This document shows positions 24,979 through 37,606 of a DNA stretch of 64,000 nucleotides, in pieces. The stretch is from Octopus sinensis (Eukaryota), in the NCBI RefSeq assembly GCF_006345805.1, contig NC_043024.1, positions 5,208,001-5,272,000 of the forward strand, read 5' to 3'. The first letter of the stretch is position 1. Each line of letters opens with the position of its first letter. Under the pieces are notes generated by a model that did not search any database, was not told where the DNA came from, and saw nothing but the letters and a program-made list of their open reading frames with translations. A program made the translations under genes and the position numbers.

Positions 24979-26190
24979 CATATATATATATATATATGTG
25001 TGTGTGTTTGTTTGTTTGAAAGACATCAGCATCTATCCACTGCTATATCTGATGGTGTTTATTGTCTATTGTTGCAGAATTTAAGCAGCTCTTTGATTCC
25101 CAAATATGTAATGGTCACTACAGATGTGTGACTGTATTTCAGACAGTTGATGGTCACCTATGTATTGTTGTAATGTCTACTTTGGTGAGAAGAAGCTACT
25201 CTAGCAGTTAACAACCCATTATTATAGGAATTGTCTATCAGACTAACAGTTTCAACAATTTCTTGACTATAATGTGTTGGTGTGTTGCCTCAACCACCAC
25301 ACCAATCTTTACTTCACTTCATCAGCCAAAAATGTTTCTTTATAAATTTTGGAAACATTATTGATATGCTTGGATATGTCTGTCTGGTGCTGGTTTTGTT
25401 GCTGTGTCTGAAGAAATTATTATGTTCTTGGTGTTCTTTGTTCATTGTTTGTTGTTATGGAAATGAGTTGCACTTTGTGACCAGTGAAACGTTTCCCAAT
25501 CAATATTTGGATTATCGAAATTACCAGTAGGAAAATATGGGTGACTGCTTTCATAGATGCAGATCTGAAGATGTCAAAAGTCTGAGTTTTGATGGCAGTT
25601 TTGCAGATGGTAAACAAATTCAAGTAGGAGTATATATGTTGTTAAAAAAATACTTCTTGTTGCGACCAGTTAAAATCTCCATAAGGAATTACAGAAAATC
25701 TTGAGTGATCATAGACCATCAGACGACCCCCATGGTAATTAGAATGGCCTTTGTGTAACAAAATGTAGCTTGCCATTGTTTGTTGTTATGTTGTTGTGTT
25801 ATATTTATATATACAATACTCTTCCATAAGTATTTCTTTTGTTATGGCCAATTGGCTTTATCAAGCCTGTTGTAAAGATAGGTTCTTGTTGGTTTGTTGT
25901 GTTCTGTAATTTGTGATACTTGTTCCATTATATTTCCTACATTTGACATGATTTGTTTATCTATAATATATATTTTTGTAATATTCTACTCATCGTTTTA
26001 TATTTCATCATTTGCAGTGCTGCAAAGAGCTCCAACTGGACATGGTTAGGAGGCTCTCTGGAATAGTAGTTGGGAGTTATCTTGCCAGCCAAGGAGCCAG
26101 CTTATACCATCGTAATAAGAAGAAAGTGACCCCATTGGACTACATAAAAAATCAACATTTGAAAGAAAAATTACAAACATTTTTACGATC

Positions 26191-26224
26191 AGGAGTGGCT
26201 GTGTGGTAAGTAGCTTTGCTAACC
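26191..26224 (+). mobile_element. 5' end of SINE-I split by the Tx1-like LINE
   Basis: AGGAGTGGCTGTGTGGTAAGTAGCTTTGCTAACC; the SINE continues at 31641. Confidence 0.9.
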
Positions 26225-26612
26225 TCACTGACTGAAGAGTGACTTTGCTTACTGTACTACGGTTTGGACGCGTTTTCTTCCCGGTAAGAATTTTGCTGTG
26301 TTGTTAATTGTTGAATTTCTACTACTGAAAATTTGTCTTTAAATGTTGCTGAACTGTCTTGTTCTCCGGTTTTACCGGGGAATAATTGGATAATTTCTTA
26401 CCGTTGAACTGTTAGCAATTGTGGCTTTTTATTTACGTGACTACATATAGTCCTGCCAGACTATTTTCGTGCCCCTCCCCCGAATGGGGGTGGGAATTGG
26501 AATTTTTGAACTGCTTTTTTGAACTACTTTGGAAGAAAAACTTTCTATAGGTTTCCCAGTTTTGTGGGAAACCAATATTCGTAATTTTTGTGTTGTCTAA
26601 TTTCAACAGAAT

Positions 26613-28017
26613 ATGTCTGTTGAAATTATTCACGAAAGTAGTGCTCTTGAGGAGAGCAATGTTAAAAAATTTTCTGAGGTAGCCGCAGTGGCTACCGAGA
26701 ACATTCACATCGATGTCAATCAGCTCGTTGAGCTATTTAAAAGAATGCAAGAGGAGGGTGGTGATGTTAAAATATCACCCTCCGCCAGTATCGTGGAGAC
26801 CGAGAAGCGGACCGTAGTGTTTAAAACTTTCTGTCCACAAAGCAGAAGGTTCAAACACTTTGAAAAAAAGCACCATCGAGAAATGCCTGTCCCCGATTTG
26901 GAAGGACATCGTGTACGTCGCCAGGGGACGGGCATATGGCACTGTGGATGTCCGCTTCTCGGGATAAGAAATGGCCCGTGGGCATTCTGTGAACCCCCTA
27001 AAAACCAAGGAGGTGGTACTTTTCCCAAGCTATAGGGGACGCAGGACGTCCCGGGTCAGGATTGTAGAAGCCCCGCCGGAAGTAGATCCGGCAGAGGTAG
27101 TGGCCGCCCTGTTATATAAAAGGGCGGACAAAATTAAAATACTAGAAGTAACATGCTCTGCCCCTCTATTTTGGCTCGGGCGTAACATCAATATATTAAT
27201 TCAAGGAACAGCGGAGGACCTGCAGCTCCTTCCTGAGAGGGTGCTCGTGGGCGAGAACATAACCCTCAGGGTACAGGTCGAAGGCTGAAAACCCACCTGT
27301 TACGCCTGCGGCAAAAAAGGCCACATTCGTGTAGACTGTCCAGACAAGCAAAAGAAACCGCAGACACCAGGCCCCTCAGATAATAAAAAAGTCCCTACCC
27401 TTGCAAACTCACCTACCCCTACAAAAACAAAAAATCCCACTCCTGCTGTTACGGTGCCAACCCCAAAACAGACTGAAGAAAAAACCCAGCCCTCGCACTC
27501 ACAAACCCCTACATTATTAAAACCTCCCACCCCACTAAAAACTGCGGCGCCTACCGAACAAACTTTTGCTACCCCAGACGATACCATGGAGGTATCAGAG
27601 GGGGGATTTACACCAGTTCGTAAAAGAATTCGTGCATCATCCCCGTCCACATCCCCTACAAAAAATAATAAAAACAAAGACACACCACAGACACGGAAAA
27701 AAAAATCCCGCTCAACTGGCCCAGAAAAAGAAGACAAAAAAGAAAATGAACTCATATTAATTGAATTCGACACACAAGACAAATACATAAACGATATTGT
27801 GGTTCAGCATCAGTCAGCAAGACTGTACAACAAATACAAAGATCGAAATAGACACGCGTGGATTGCGGAAACAATGTTCAAACAATTAAAAGACAGACAC
27901 CCAAACGCCATCCGGCATATCGCGAACTTGCCGGACTATCTGAAGAAAGAGGAGAAAGAAGGGGCCCACAAACGTGTGGTGAGGTCGGCCCCCACCTCTC
28001 CAACGAAACGTAAGTAG
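26613..28017 (+). pseudogene. Tx1-like ORF1, frameshifted, with a stop at about 27286
   Basis: ORF pieces 26613-27035, 26971-27288 and 27454-28017; zinc knuckle at about 27295-27350. Confidence 0.75.
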
Positions 28018-28034
28018 AACTTTTACTTTTTGTA

Positions 28035-31000
28035 ATGGCTTCGTTTAACCTTGGTTGTTTAAATGTGCGTGGTCTGAGTTCGAAGTGGAAGCAGGCTTGT
28101 TTCCTCGATGACCTCAGATCACATGATATACATGTGATGGTTGCTACAGAGACCAAGCTGGACAGCCTACAAACCTTCTCGCCTCTCCTGAATGGCTACG
28201 AGAAAATCATGTCTCCTGGCCTGACCGGAGGGCGAGGGAGCATAGTGGTACTGATCCGTAAAGACTTGGCTCTACAGACAAGTACAGTCTATGTAGACCC
28301 AGAAGGTGGGCTGGTCGTCCTTGATGTGACATACAGCAGTAAGGCCTTCAGGTTGATCGGACTCTATGCACCTTGTGCTAGAGGTTTCCAAACTGATTTT
28401 TATCGGCGCCTAGAGGGCTTTCTCGTGACGTCGAAGACTTTAGTGATATTAGGGGACTTTAATGCTATCGTTGACGTACACATCGATAGCGTTGGCTCGA
28501 TCTATAGGAAAGTGAACTCACGTCTCGTGGATCTGCTTAAGCGGTTTCAGCTAGCAGATCGTTACAGACTTGACCATCCGAACGTCCCAGAGTGGACCTG
28601 GATGAGTGGCGACGGAAGGTTCAAGTCTTATCTAGACAGGATAGTGATAAGAACTAGAGATAAGTCTAGTTTTAGTTGTCCACAGCTCGTCCAGGTGCCC
28701 TATACTGACCATAGAATGGTCATGTGTAGACTGGACATAGATAGCACACTTAAGATAGGAACCGGCTACTGGAAGCTGAACAAGTCTACTTTGACACGCG
28801 AGGCATACCGTAGCTGGATTAAGGTGTTAGTGCAGAGGGCGTTAACCGGAGCCGTGGTTAATAACCGGTGGTGGTTCGCCCTCAAAAGAGCCATTCGATT
28901 CGAGTCCATTAGATTTAGTAAACAACTAAGACTAGATAGGGCTAGAATAGAAGGGCAACTAGTTAAGAACTTAGAGGAGGCATTGAGGTTGGGCTCTGCA
29001 TCTCACATTTTAGCGGCGAGAACGGCATTAGACCGTCACCTCAAAACCAAACATGAGGGATGTAGAGTTTGGGCTAAAGTACGAGCATTGGGCCGTGAGG
29101 GAATTAATGTTGCCGGATGGGCCCGTACGATAGAAACACAGCGTGGAAACGATGCCACAATTGGGTCTCTTGTTGATGAAAACGGATGCACGATCAAGAA
29201 GCGGGACGAGATGTGTGAGGCACTTCACAAGCACTTCGCCGAGTTGTTCGGGAGGTGCGGGACGCTGGATCATGGTGAGGCCCTTAGGGACTTCCTGTCT
29301 GGTGGCCCGCGCCTCTCGACACGAGAGGCTGAGTGCTGTGAAGGGCCAATCACAGCCGAGGAAGTAATCGAGGTGTTGGGCAAGTGCCCCGGGAAGAAGT
29401 CGCCGGGTCTCGATGGTCTGCCCTATGAATTTTACAAAAGTATGCCAGACTTGTTCGGGCACCTGCTGGCTAGCGTCTACGCCAACTGGCAGCAGAATGG
29501 GAGAATTCCCAAGTCTGCGAGCCGGGGGGCGGTGACGTTGATCAGGAAGGACCCGAACAAGGGGGACGAGATAGGGAACTTCAGGCCCATAACTCTGTTA
29601 AACACAGAGTTAAAGATTCTGGCCAAGGTGCTAGCAAAAAGGTTGGCGCGGGTCGTGGACAAACTTGTCGGGGAAGCGCAAACGTGTGCTATCCCCGGCA
29701 GAACAATCTACGACAATCTCCACCTTATACGCTACTCCTTAGAGAGGGTGGGGAAGCTTTCTGGCGCAGGGGGAGCACTGGTACATTTAGACCAGTCCAA
29801 AGCATTTGATAGGGTCGACCATCGGTACTTGGCGGCGGTCCTCGGAGAGGCTGGCCTAGGCCCGACCTTTCGAGGTTGGATCGCTGCTTTGTATAGCGAC
29901 ATCGAGTCTGTAGTCAAGGTGAACGGTTCCTTTTCGAAGCCGTTCAGGATTGAGCGTTCAGTTCGTCATGGGTGTCCCCTGTCCTCGCTCCTATACGTAT
30001 TGGCTCTTGAGCCTTTGCTGCGGAAGTTGGAGGCACTAGGGGGCGCACCGCATGATCTATGGTGTGGAAGAGGAGCTACGGCGTATGCGGATGACACCTC
30101 CATCATCGTGGCAGACGAAGGCCAGCTTCCAGTGGTGGAAGAGGCCATCAAAAGCTACGAAGCGGTGGCAGGAGCAAAGGTTAACAAGGACAAGTCAGTC
30201 GGTTTGCAACTCGGCACCTGGAGGGGCAAGCCGATGCCATCCAATAACGTCGTAGGGCGTTGGACGGAAGGTCCTGTTAAGCTGCTCGGAGTCTGGTTCG
30301 GGCCAGACCTCCAGATTGAGAAAAATTGGAGTGAGGTGGCCAACAAGGTGACCGCTCTAACCCAGACCTGGTCTGGGCGGGCGTTATCCCTGCTAGGGAA
30401 GGCGGAGGTGGTGCAGATGTTTATAGCATCAGTAATCACCTACCGTCTGACCGTGGTGCCTTGCCCCGATTTGTGGCTGAACAAGTTGGAGAGAATCCTT
30501 TTCCGATTTTTGTGGAAAGGAGGAAAGCCACTTGTAAAGCGCTCTGTCTGCTGCCAGAAACCGCTAAAGGGTGGGCTAGGGATGCCTTGGCTGAGGATGC
30601 GAAAACTCGCCGAAGGTTGAGGCACCTCTGGCTTTACCTGGATGGAGAGCAGGTGTGGTCAACGGACATCGGTGCATGGATCAAGCGGAGACCTAAACTG
30701 AGTGAATGGCATTTGGAGTGCCGTCAGGCGCTCCAGCCACTATCTCGGGTGGGCAACGCTGGCAACAGGAGTTCCACCACGGATTTCTATAGCGGGTTAG
30801 TGGAGATTAAGTCCGAAGACGCCTTGGGGGAGACCCTGGGCTACGATGAAAATCAGTTGGTCAACCTGTTCCGGAGGACGTTCGGGCCGGGGTATCTGGA
30901 TAATTACCAGAAATCCCTGGCCTGGCAGTGTTTCCGTGCGGCTTTACCTGTTCGCGACAAGCTGTCAAGGCACGGTAGTGCCGTCTCGCCGACATGCCCG

Positions 31001-31396
31001 CGATGTGAGCAGGATAGGGAGACCATCTTGCACACATTCGTGGAGTGTCCGGAGTTATCGGGACTGATAGCTTTTGTTGAACAACTGTTGTCAGTGATGG
31101 GAAGAGTACAGCTATCAGCTGAGTCTATCATTGAGATTGTGCCGCCCCCTTTCCTTAACAGGGAAAGAAAGGCTTGTTTTTTCTGTGTAGTAGCCATACT
31201 GAAAGAAACAGTATGGAAGACGCGTACGAAAGGTATAGTGACAGGCACCTTTGTCTCCGGCCAGGGGTTGATTAACTTTTTTAGTTACCACCTCAGTAGC
31301 AAAATCAGGCTGGAGAAGAGGTGTCTGTCACGAGATATGTTTGCGAAAAGATGGAAGCCTGTGGCATGCAAGATGGGTATGTTTGGCACCAGGTAA
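28035..31396 (+). pseudogene. Tx1-like ORF2 (APE + RT + C-terminal CCHC), one frameshift near 30600
   Basis: LNVRGL, ATETK, GDFN, YLDRI, TDH, SPGLDG, DQSKAFDRV, GCPLS, YADD, GGLG, CPRC...HTFVEC. Confidence 0.92.
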
Positions 31397-31640
31397 GTGT
31401 GACCGGATCAGAAAGTAAAGGTTCTACCCGGATGGCTGGGTGTCCGTCCTTCGACATGATCATTAATATTTTTAAACATTGTCTTCGTAAAATTCATTGT
31501 TTATAATCTTATCCGTAATTTCATTCGAAAATTGTAACTGTGTTAAGCTACTTCACCCTTTATATTTGTCTGTCCTTGTTTGTCCCCTCTTTGTAAATGC
31601 CTAAATGGCAAATTATATGAAATAAAGTAGCTTGCTAACC

Positions 31641-31986
31641 AACCACATGGTTCCGGGTTCAGTCCTACTGCGTAGCATCTTGGGCAAGTGTCTTCTGCTA
31701 TAGCCCCGGGCTGACCAATGCCTTGTGAGTGGATTTGGTAGACGGAAACTGAAAGAAGCCTGTCGTATATATGTATGTGTGTCTTTGTGTGTCTGCGTTT
31801 GTCCCCCTAGCATTGCTTGACAACCGATGCTGGTGTGTTTACATCCCCGTCACTTAGCGGTTCGGCAAAAAGAGACCGATAGAATAAGTACTGGGCTTAC
31901 AAAGAATAAGTCTCGGGGTCGATTTGCTCGACTAAAGGCAGTGCTCCAGCATGGCTGCAGTCAAATGACTGAAACAAGTAAAAGAG
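31641..31986 (+). mobile_element. 3' remainder of the split SINE-I
   Basis: Continues AACCACATGGTTCCGGGTTCAG exactly where the 26191 head stops. Confidence 0.92.
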
Positions 31987-32713
31987 TATCACTGTAAGTA
32001 CTCACTGGCAATGAGAAGATAAACCAGGACATTTTCTATTTTGTATATAATCATGTTTATATGTTTATTTAGTTTGAATTCTCCCAATGTATTATTCCGT
32101 CATACATACATTTCGTGTATAATTAATTCTCAGGGCTTTGTTCTATGTTAGAAGTGAAACCTGTTTTGTTACCTAGTTCACCCATACATGAAGTTATAGC
32201 AATTGTGTCCTGTCTGTCCATCCATAAAATTCAAAGCTGTATGACTAAGTATAGAGCACTTCTTAATCAGCTTGAATACAATAAAGTGTTATATATATAT
32301 ATATATATATATCACACACAACATGGACCAAATTTCTTCTTAAGAAAAGATATATATTCAAATAAGGAAAACATAATATCATGGATAGCGAAACCGGTCG
32401 ATATATTAAAAATTATATTAAAACTATGTAAGTGTGCTTATTTTCCTTTTTTAATTTCTTATATACATTACAACTTACAACGTGGGGATAATCGAAATTC
32501 CTCTTTTCTGTTATTACTACTATTATATATATATGTGTATATATAAATATAAACAAAGGGTGCATATAGAAACATACCTGAGTACAAAAAGATATTTGAT
32601 GAGAGGAAATGGAATCTACAAAGAAGTGAAGAATGGTTTTTGAATATATTTAGTTCTCTCTGTGTCAACCAGTTTTTGTGATGTATCAGATTCAAGACAT
32701 ATATTTATTAATA

Positions 32714-32754
<41 letters not shown>

Positions 32755-32768
<14 letters not shown>

Positions 32769-33405
32769 TGAGGGAGATAAATTAATATTAATTTTAATAT
32801 CAATTTAAAACCAGTAGTCTAGCATACAAAAAATCTGAGAAATCAGAGAAAATTCTAATATATGTGTATATTGGCAGGGCAAGACTGCTAGGTAGTCGGC
32901 CGTATGCTAGAAATAGATCATCAACGATCAGCCTACAAAGAAAGTTCTCTAGAGGAAAAATTCAGCGAACATCAGAACCAAATTTGGCAGGCAGGACAGA
33001 TGAAAATTTATATAAAAAACAGAATTAATTGCATACCTCGGTTTTGGCCTTTAACAAAAGAATTACTTACATAATTCAAATGTACGTGGCCTCATCAGTA
33101 CAATCGTTCAGTGTAAATGCCATCTGAAAAACTAATCCCAGCTTTCTGTGCCAAAACAGTTTTACCGATTACATTAGGTATAAAATTTCAAATGTCTTAG
33201 TTCTGGCGCGCTAAAGAATTCCTGAAGAACTGCAGTAAATAATTCACTGCGGTTAGTGCTTGCTACTAGAGAACGTATTTATTTCAATATTTAAATAATG
33301 AGGGAGATAAATTAATATTAATTTCTTTGTAGTTTGATCGTTGATGATCTATTTCTTGCATACGGCCGACTACCTAGCAGTCTTGCCCTGCCAATATACA
33401 CATAT
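32755..33405. mobile_element. Penelope pLTR-like fragment with internal inverted and direct duplications
   Basis: About 32860-32940 is the reverse complement of about 33325-33405; AATAATGAGGGAGATAAATTAATATTAATTT repeated at about 32764 and 33294; hammerhead-like motif inside; flanked by (TA)n. Confidence 0.5.
33029..33103 (-). ncRNA. Type I hammerhead ribozyme with G12A mutation
   Basis: TTGTA-CTGATGA-GGCC(loop)GGCC-AAAAC-CGAG-GTA-TGCAA. Confidence 0.55.
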
Positions 33406-33410
33406 ATATT

Positions 33411-33451
<41 letters not shown>

Positions 33452-34146
33452 GTATATGTGTATATGTATATGTATATGTATATATGTATATATATATGTA
33501 TATGTATATATGTATATATATGTATATGTATATATATATGTATATATATTGTGTATATATATATAATGTATATATATGTATATATATATGTATATATATG
33601 TGTATATATATATGTATATATATGTGTATATATATATGTATATATATATGTGTATATATATATGTATATATATATGTATATATATGTGTATATATATATA
33701 TATATATATGTGTATATATATATGTATATATATATGTGTATATATATGTATATATATATGTGTATATATATATATATGTATATATATGTGTATATATATA
33801 TATGTATATATATGTGTATATATATATATATTGTATATATATGTATATATATGTATATATATATATATGTATATATATATATGTGTATATATATATATAT
33901 GTATATATATATATGTATATATATGTATATATATATATGTATATACATATGTATATATATATGTATATATATATGTATATATATATATGTATATATATGT
34001 ATATATATATATATGTATATATATGTATATATATATATGTATATACATATGTATATATATATGTATATACATGTATATATATATATGTATATATATGTAT
34101 ATATATATATGTATATATACATATTTATATATATATATATATATAT
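33405..34146. repeat. (TA)n/(TATG)n microsatellite
   Basis: Direct reading. Confidence 0.97.
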
Positions 34147-34535
34147 GTAGGCGCAGGAGTGGCTGTGTGGTAAGTAGCTTGTTTACCAACCACATGGTTC
34201 CAGGTTCAGTCCCACTGCGTGGCACCTTGGGCAAGTGTCTTCTATTATAGCCTCAGGCCGAGTGGATTTGGTAGACGGAAACTGAAAAAGAAGCCCGTCA
34301 TATATATATATATATATATGTGCATGTGTCCGTTTGTGTGTCTGTGTTTGTCCCCCTAGCATTGCTTGACAACCAATGCTGGTGTGTTTACGTCCCCGTC
34401 ACTTAGCAGTTTGGCAAAAGAGACCGATAGAATAAGTACTGGGCTTAGAAAAGAATAAGTCCTGGGGTCGATTTGCTCGATTAAAAGCGGTGCTCCAGCA
34501 TGGCTGCAGTAAAATGGCTGAAAAAAGTAAAAGAG
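34147..34535 (+). mobile_element. SINE-I, near full-length
   Basis: GTAGGCGCAGGAGTGGCTGTGTGG head to AAAAGAG tail. Confidence 0.9.
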
Positions 34536-34558
34536 TATATATATATATATATATATAT

Positions 34559-34932
34559 ATAGGAAAAAAGCAACAAGAATGGATTAAAATCTCGGTACGA
34601 TCATTTCGTACGAGGACATCTTTAATAAGCTACAAAAAATGCAGTGAATACAGATGGCTCATATTGAATATGAGCTATATGTAGACATGCATAAATTCTA
34701 CAGGTTTAAAACCTTTCATCGGATCTCCATGAATCGAACTTTCTTCAATGCAGTTAATCTTACAACCTCTTTTGTATCTACCCCTTTTGATGTTTGGGAA
34801 TTCTCTGATATTTTTTCGGCTGACGAGTACGAGCCATCTGTATTCACTGCATTTTTTGTAGCTTATTAAAGATGTCCTCGTATGAAACGATCGTACCGAG
34901 ATTTTAATCCATTCTTGTTGCTTTTTTCCTAT
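34559..34932. repeat. 102-bp inverted repeat (34559-34660 and 34831-34932), pLTR-like
   Basis: Near-perfect reverse complements enclosing about 170 bp. Confidence 0.9.
34816..34899 (+). ncRNA. Type I hammerhead ribozyme
   Basis: TCGG-CTGACGA-GTACGAG(loop)CTCGTAT-GAAAC-GATC-GTA-CCGA; full core, palindromic stem III ACGATCGT. Confidence 0.8.
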
Positions 34933-35048
34933 TTATAATCACCCCACTTGTCGTATGGTTAACACCATATAGATATCCGGTGCATCCTAGTTAAGGACCA
35001 TATTCATGTGAATTCTTTAGAATTCACTTGAATCTCAATTACTTAACC

Positions 35049-35120
<72 letters not shown>

Positions 35121-35139
35121 TTGTGTGTGTACATATATA

Positions 35140-35665
35140 CGAGGGTGGGCTGAAAAGTTCATAGGCAGACCTAATGTGTTTTACTTTTCGACATACAACG
35201 GTGGTGCCCCAGCATGGCCGCGGTCTTCGGGCTAAAACATTTTTAAGGATTTAAGGATACACTTCTTCTATCGGTGTTGCTTGGATTCCTGTTGTCTCAT
35301 CCTGATCCCCCAACAGTAGATATGGCCCTACCAAGTGTTGTCTCATGTTGGGGAACAGAAAATAGTCAGATGGTGCCAAATCAGGAGAATATGGAGGGTG
35401 GTCAACCAGTTCAAAGCCACATTTGTTCACGACAGCCATTGCAACCACAGAGTTGTGTGCAGGAGCATTGTCCTGGTGAAGCAGGACCCCTTCCATCAGT
35501 TTTCCAGGCCGTTTTGACTTGATTAAATGAACACAAAGCCATTTGCATCTGAGAAGATATAGGCCATCATCTTCCCTGCCGATGACACCATCTGGGCCTT
35601 CTTTGGTGGGGGAGAAGATGGGTGTTTCTACTGCATGGACTGCCGTTTGGTCTCTGGATCATTTT
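35140..35665 (-). mobile_element. Mariner transposon remnant
   Basis: VLLHQDNAPAH...HPPYSPDLAPSDYFLF in ORF 35251-35496; DPETKRQSMQ motif at about 35600-35660; TA plus TIR-like CGAGGGTGGGCTGAAAAGTTC at 35138. Confidence 0.88.
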
Positions 35666-35689
35666 GATAACAATTAATTGAAATGTTTC

Positions 35690-37210
35690 TTCCATACATT
35701 CCACAGAAAGAAAAATATTCCGCTGTTCCTTGTTATAGACTGTATTTATATACAGAGGTAGACTTATTCATGAATGCTCCTTATAAATATACTGTCTTCC
35801 TTTAGGTGATGAGAATATCAAAGACATTTATGAATGGAGAGATTTCCTTCACGTTAACATGTTGTGATATTCTGAAATAGGAAAAGAAGCAGTAAGATAA
35901 AACTGGATTGTTGACCAACATAAGTAATTCAACATTGCATATTTTATATCACTACCATTGTCATGCGTTTACTGTCCATGCTTGCATAAGTAGATTGAGT
36001 TGGAAGGTGTTAGAAGCTAATGGGAATGGAGCTAGCCAAAACGAAAATATAGTGGGCATAACATGACCAGAGTAGTGAGTTGATGCCATCCAGAATTTCA
36101 CAGAGCTAAGTTGCCACAAGTGAAATGGGCTGTTTATGAAGTGATCAGAGTTAATGATAAAGAAGCATTGTTACTTGTCTGCCGCCTTTCCGCTAACTAA
36201 TTAAAACTCCCACTTCTCTTCATGGGCACTGAATTGCCCTCTAGGATCCATACGTGCCCACCCTGATGGGCTGGAGAATGTCATAGCAGAACAGTGCTAT
36301 GGTGTGACAACTAAAATAGCTTTCCTGACTTGCTACAATATTAAATACTGGCAGAATCACTAAGATGCCGGATTAATTGCTTAACAGCATTTCGTTCGTA
36401 AATAGCTTTGTCAAACTAGAGATAAAAGCAATCAGGAATGGGAGTGTGTCTGTGCATTGTTTATTTCTCTTCAATCAGGTCCACACTGTGAGGGCGAGTA
36501 CGATCAATCATTTGAGCATCCAGATGCCCCTCCCGCCTACTCAGGAGTCCCTTCTCTGAAGACCAGCTTGCAAGCTAGCCCACACATCTTTGTGAGCAGG
36601 GAGGATCTCCTCAGTAGAATCAATAGCTGCAAACCCTCTGAAGACCTCACAGGTTGTGTCCGGGTAGAATGGATATAATTCGCCTCTACACATCTATAGA
36701 CAGATATTTTCTTGTGGGGTGCTTGTAAAGACAAGAATATTACATACGTTGGTGAGACATCTAGAAGCATTGCAGGGGGATGAAATAAAAATTAGAGGCA
36801 GCATGACCACATAACCAGTCCTCCATACTCTACCAAAGGTACTACTCAAGAAGAATGGTCCCGGTGTGCGCACTCGTGCTAGTCCGTCGTGACTGGTCGA
36901 TCCTTCAACGACTACCTAGCGCGAGTATGCAAATTAACAGATACGTGCATAATAATATATGTATATAATGGCTGAATATATATAAAATAAAATGGGTTTT
37001 GTCTTAAACAAAGTAAATAAAAGACTCAACAAAAGAAATTACTTACTTTGTGTTTTATTTTCTTTGTTTAAAAAAAATTATTTGTTAAAATAAACCTCAT
37101 ACATGTCTAGCCCATGCGAGTGTGATTTTTAGTCGCGCACTCGAGTTATGTAGTCTTTGTAAGATCGACTAGTCACGACTAGCTAGCACCGGGACCACTC
37201 TTGTAGAAAA
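35690..37210. repeat. Orphan copy of the ZNF-A upstream region (no finger array follows)
   Basis: Direct copy of 12700-14615 including the acceptor at 35872; abuts the mariner remnant where the CDS would be. Confidence 0.9.
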
Positions 37211-37564
37211 GTATCCATATATACATATATATATATTATATGTAAATATATATGTATAGTATATATTATATTAAATTAGAGATAAAATCACTATTAGGCA
37301 AATCAATATAATATATATATACCTGTATACACACACAAACACACACATTATATATATATATATATATACATACATATATATATATGTATGTATATATAAT
37401 AGTTATCGCCATACTAATATGGCATTCTTATAAAAATAAGAAAAAAGCTGTCCGCTTAAGAGCTCCATGAGGCCATCGCCTTAAGTTAGCTATTTGATAC
37501 ACAAACTGTATCCATATAACCTTCGAACAAGGGAGGTCAGTCGCTCCACACTACTTGACCGGCA

Positions 37565-37606
37565 GCTACAGACGCGTTTCGGGGTATTGCCCCTTTTCAA
37601 TGCAGC
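37565..37606 (-). ncRNA. Minimal type I hammerhead ribozyme, U3:A8 variant (copy 1)
   Basis: GCTGCA-TTGAAAA-GGGG(CAATA)CCCC-GAAAC-GC-GTC-TGTAGC. Confidence 0.8.

Larger units (their letters stand above)
26225..31624 (+). mobile_element. Full-length L1/Tx1-clade LINE no.1
   Basis: ORF1 with CCHC knuckle CYACGKKGHIRVDC; ORF2 APE-RT-zinc finger; AATAAA end; TSD AAGTAGCT(T)TGCTAACC at 26208-26224 and 31625-31640. Confidence 0.93.

Noticed and set aside
24500-26190. Possible small exons after polypyrimidine-CAG sites (about 25077 and 26017) downstream of the putative 23.2-kb promoter
   Set aside because: Splice-like signals alone are common; no coding or homology support without RNA data.
32385-32408. 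GAAACCGGTC half-hammerhead (palindromic stem III plus GUC)
   Set aside because: No CUGANGA or matching stem II found upstream.
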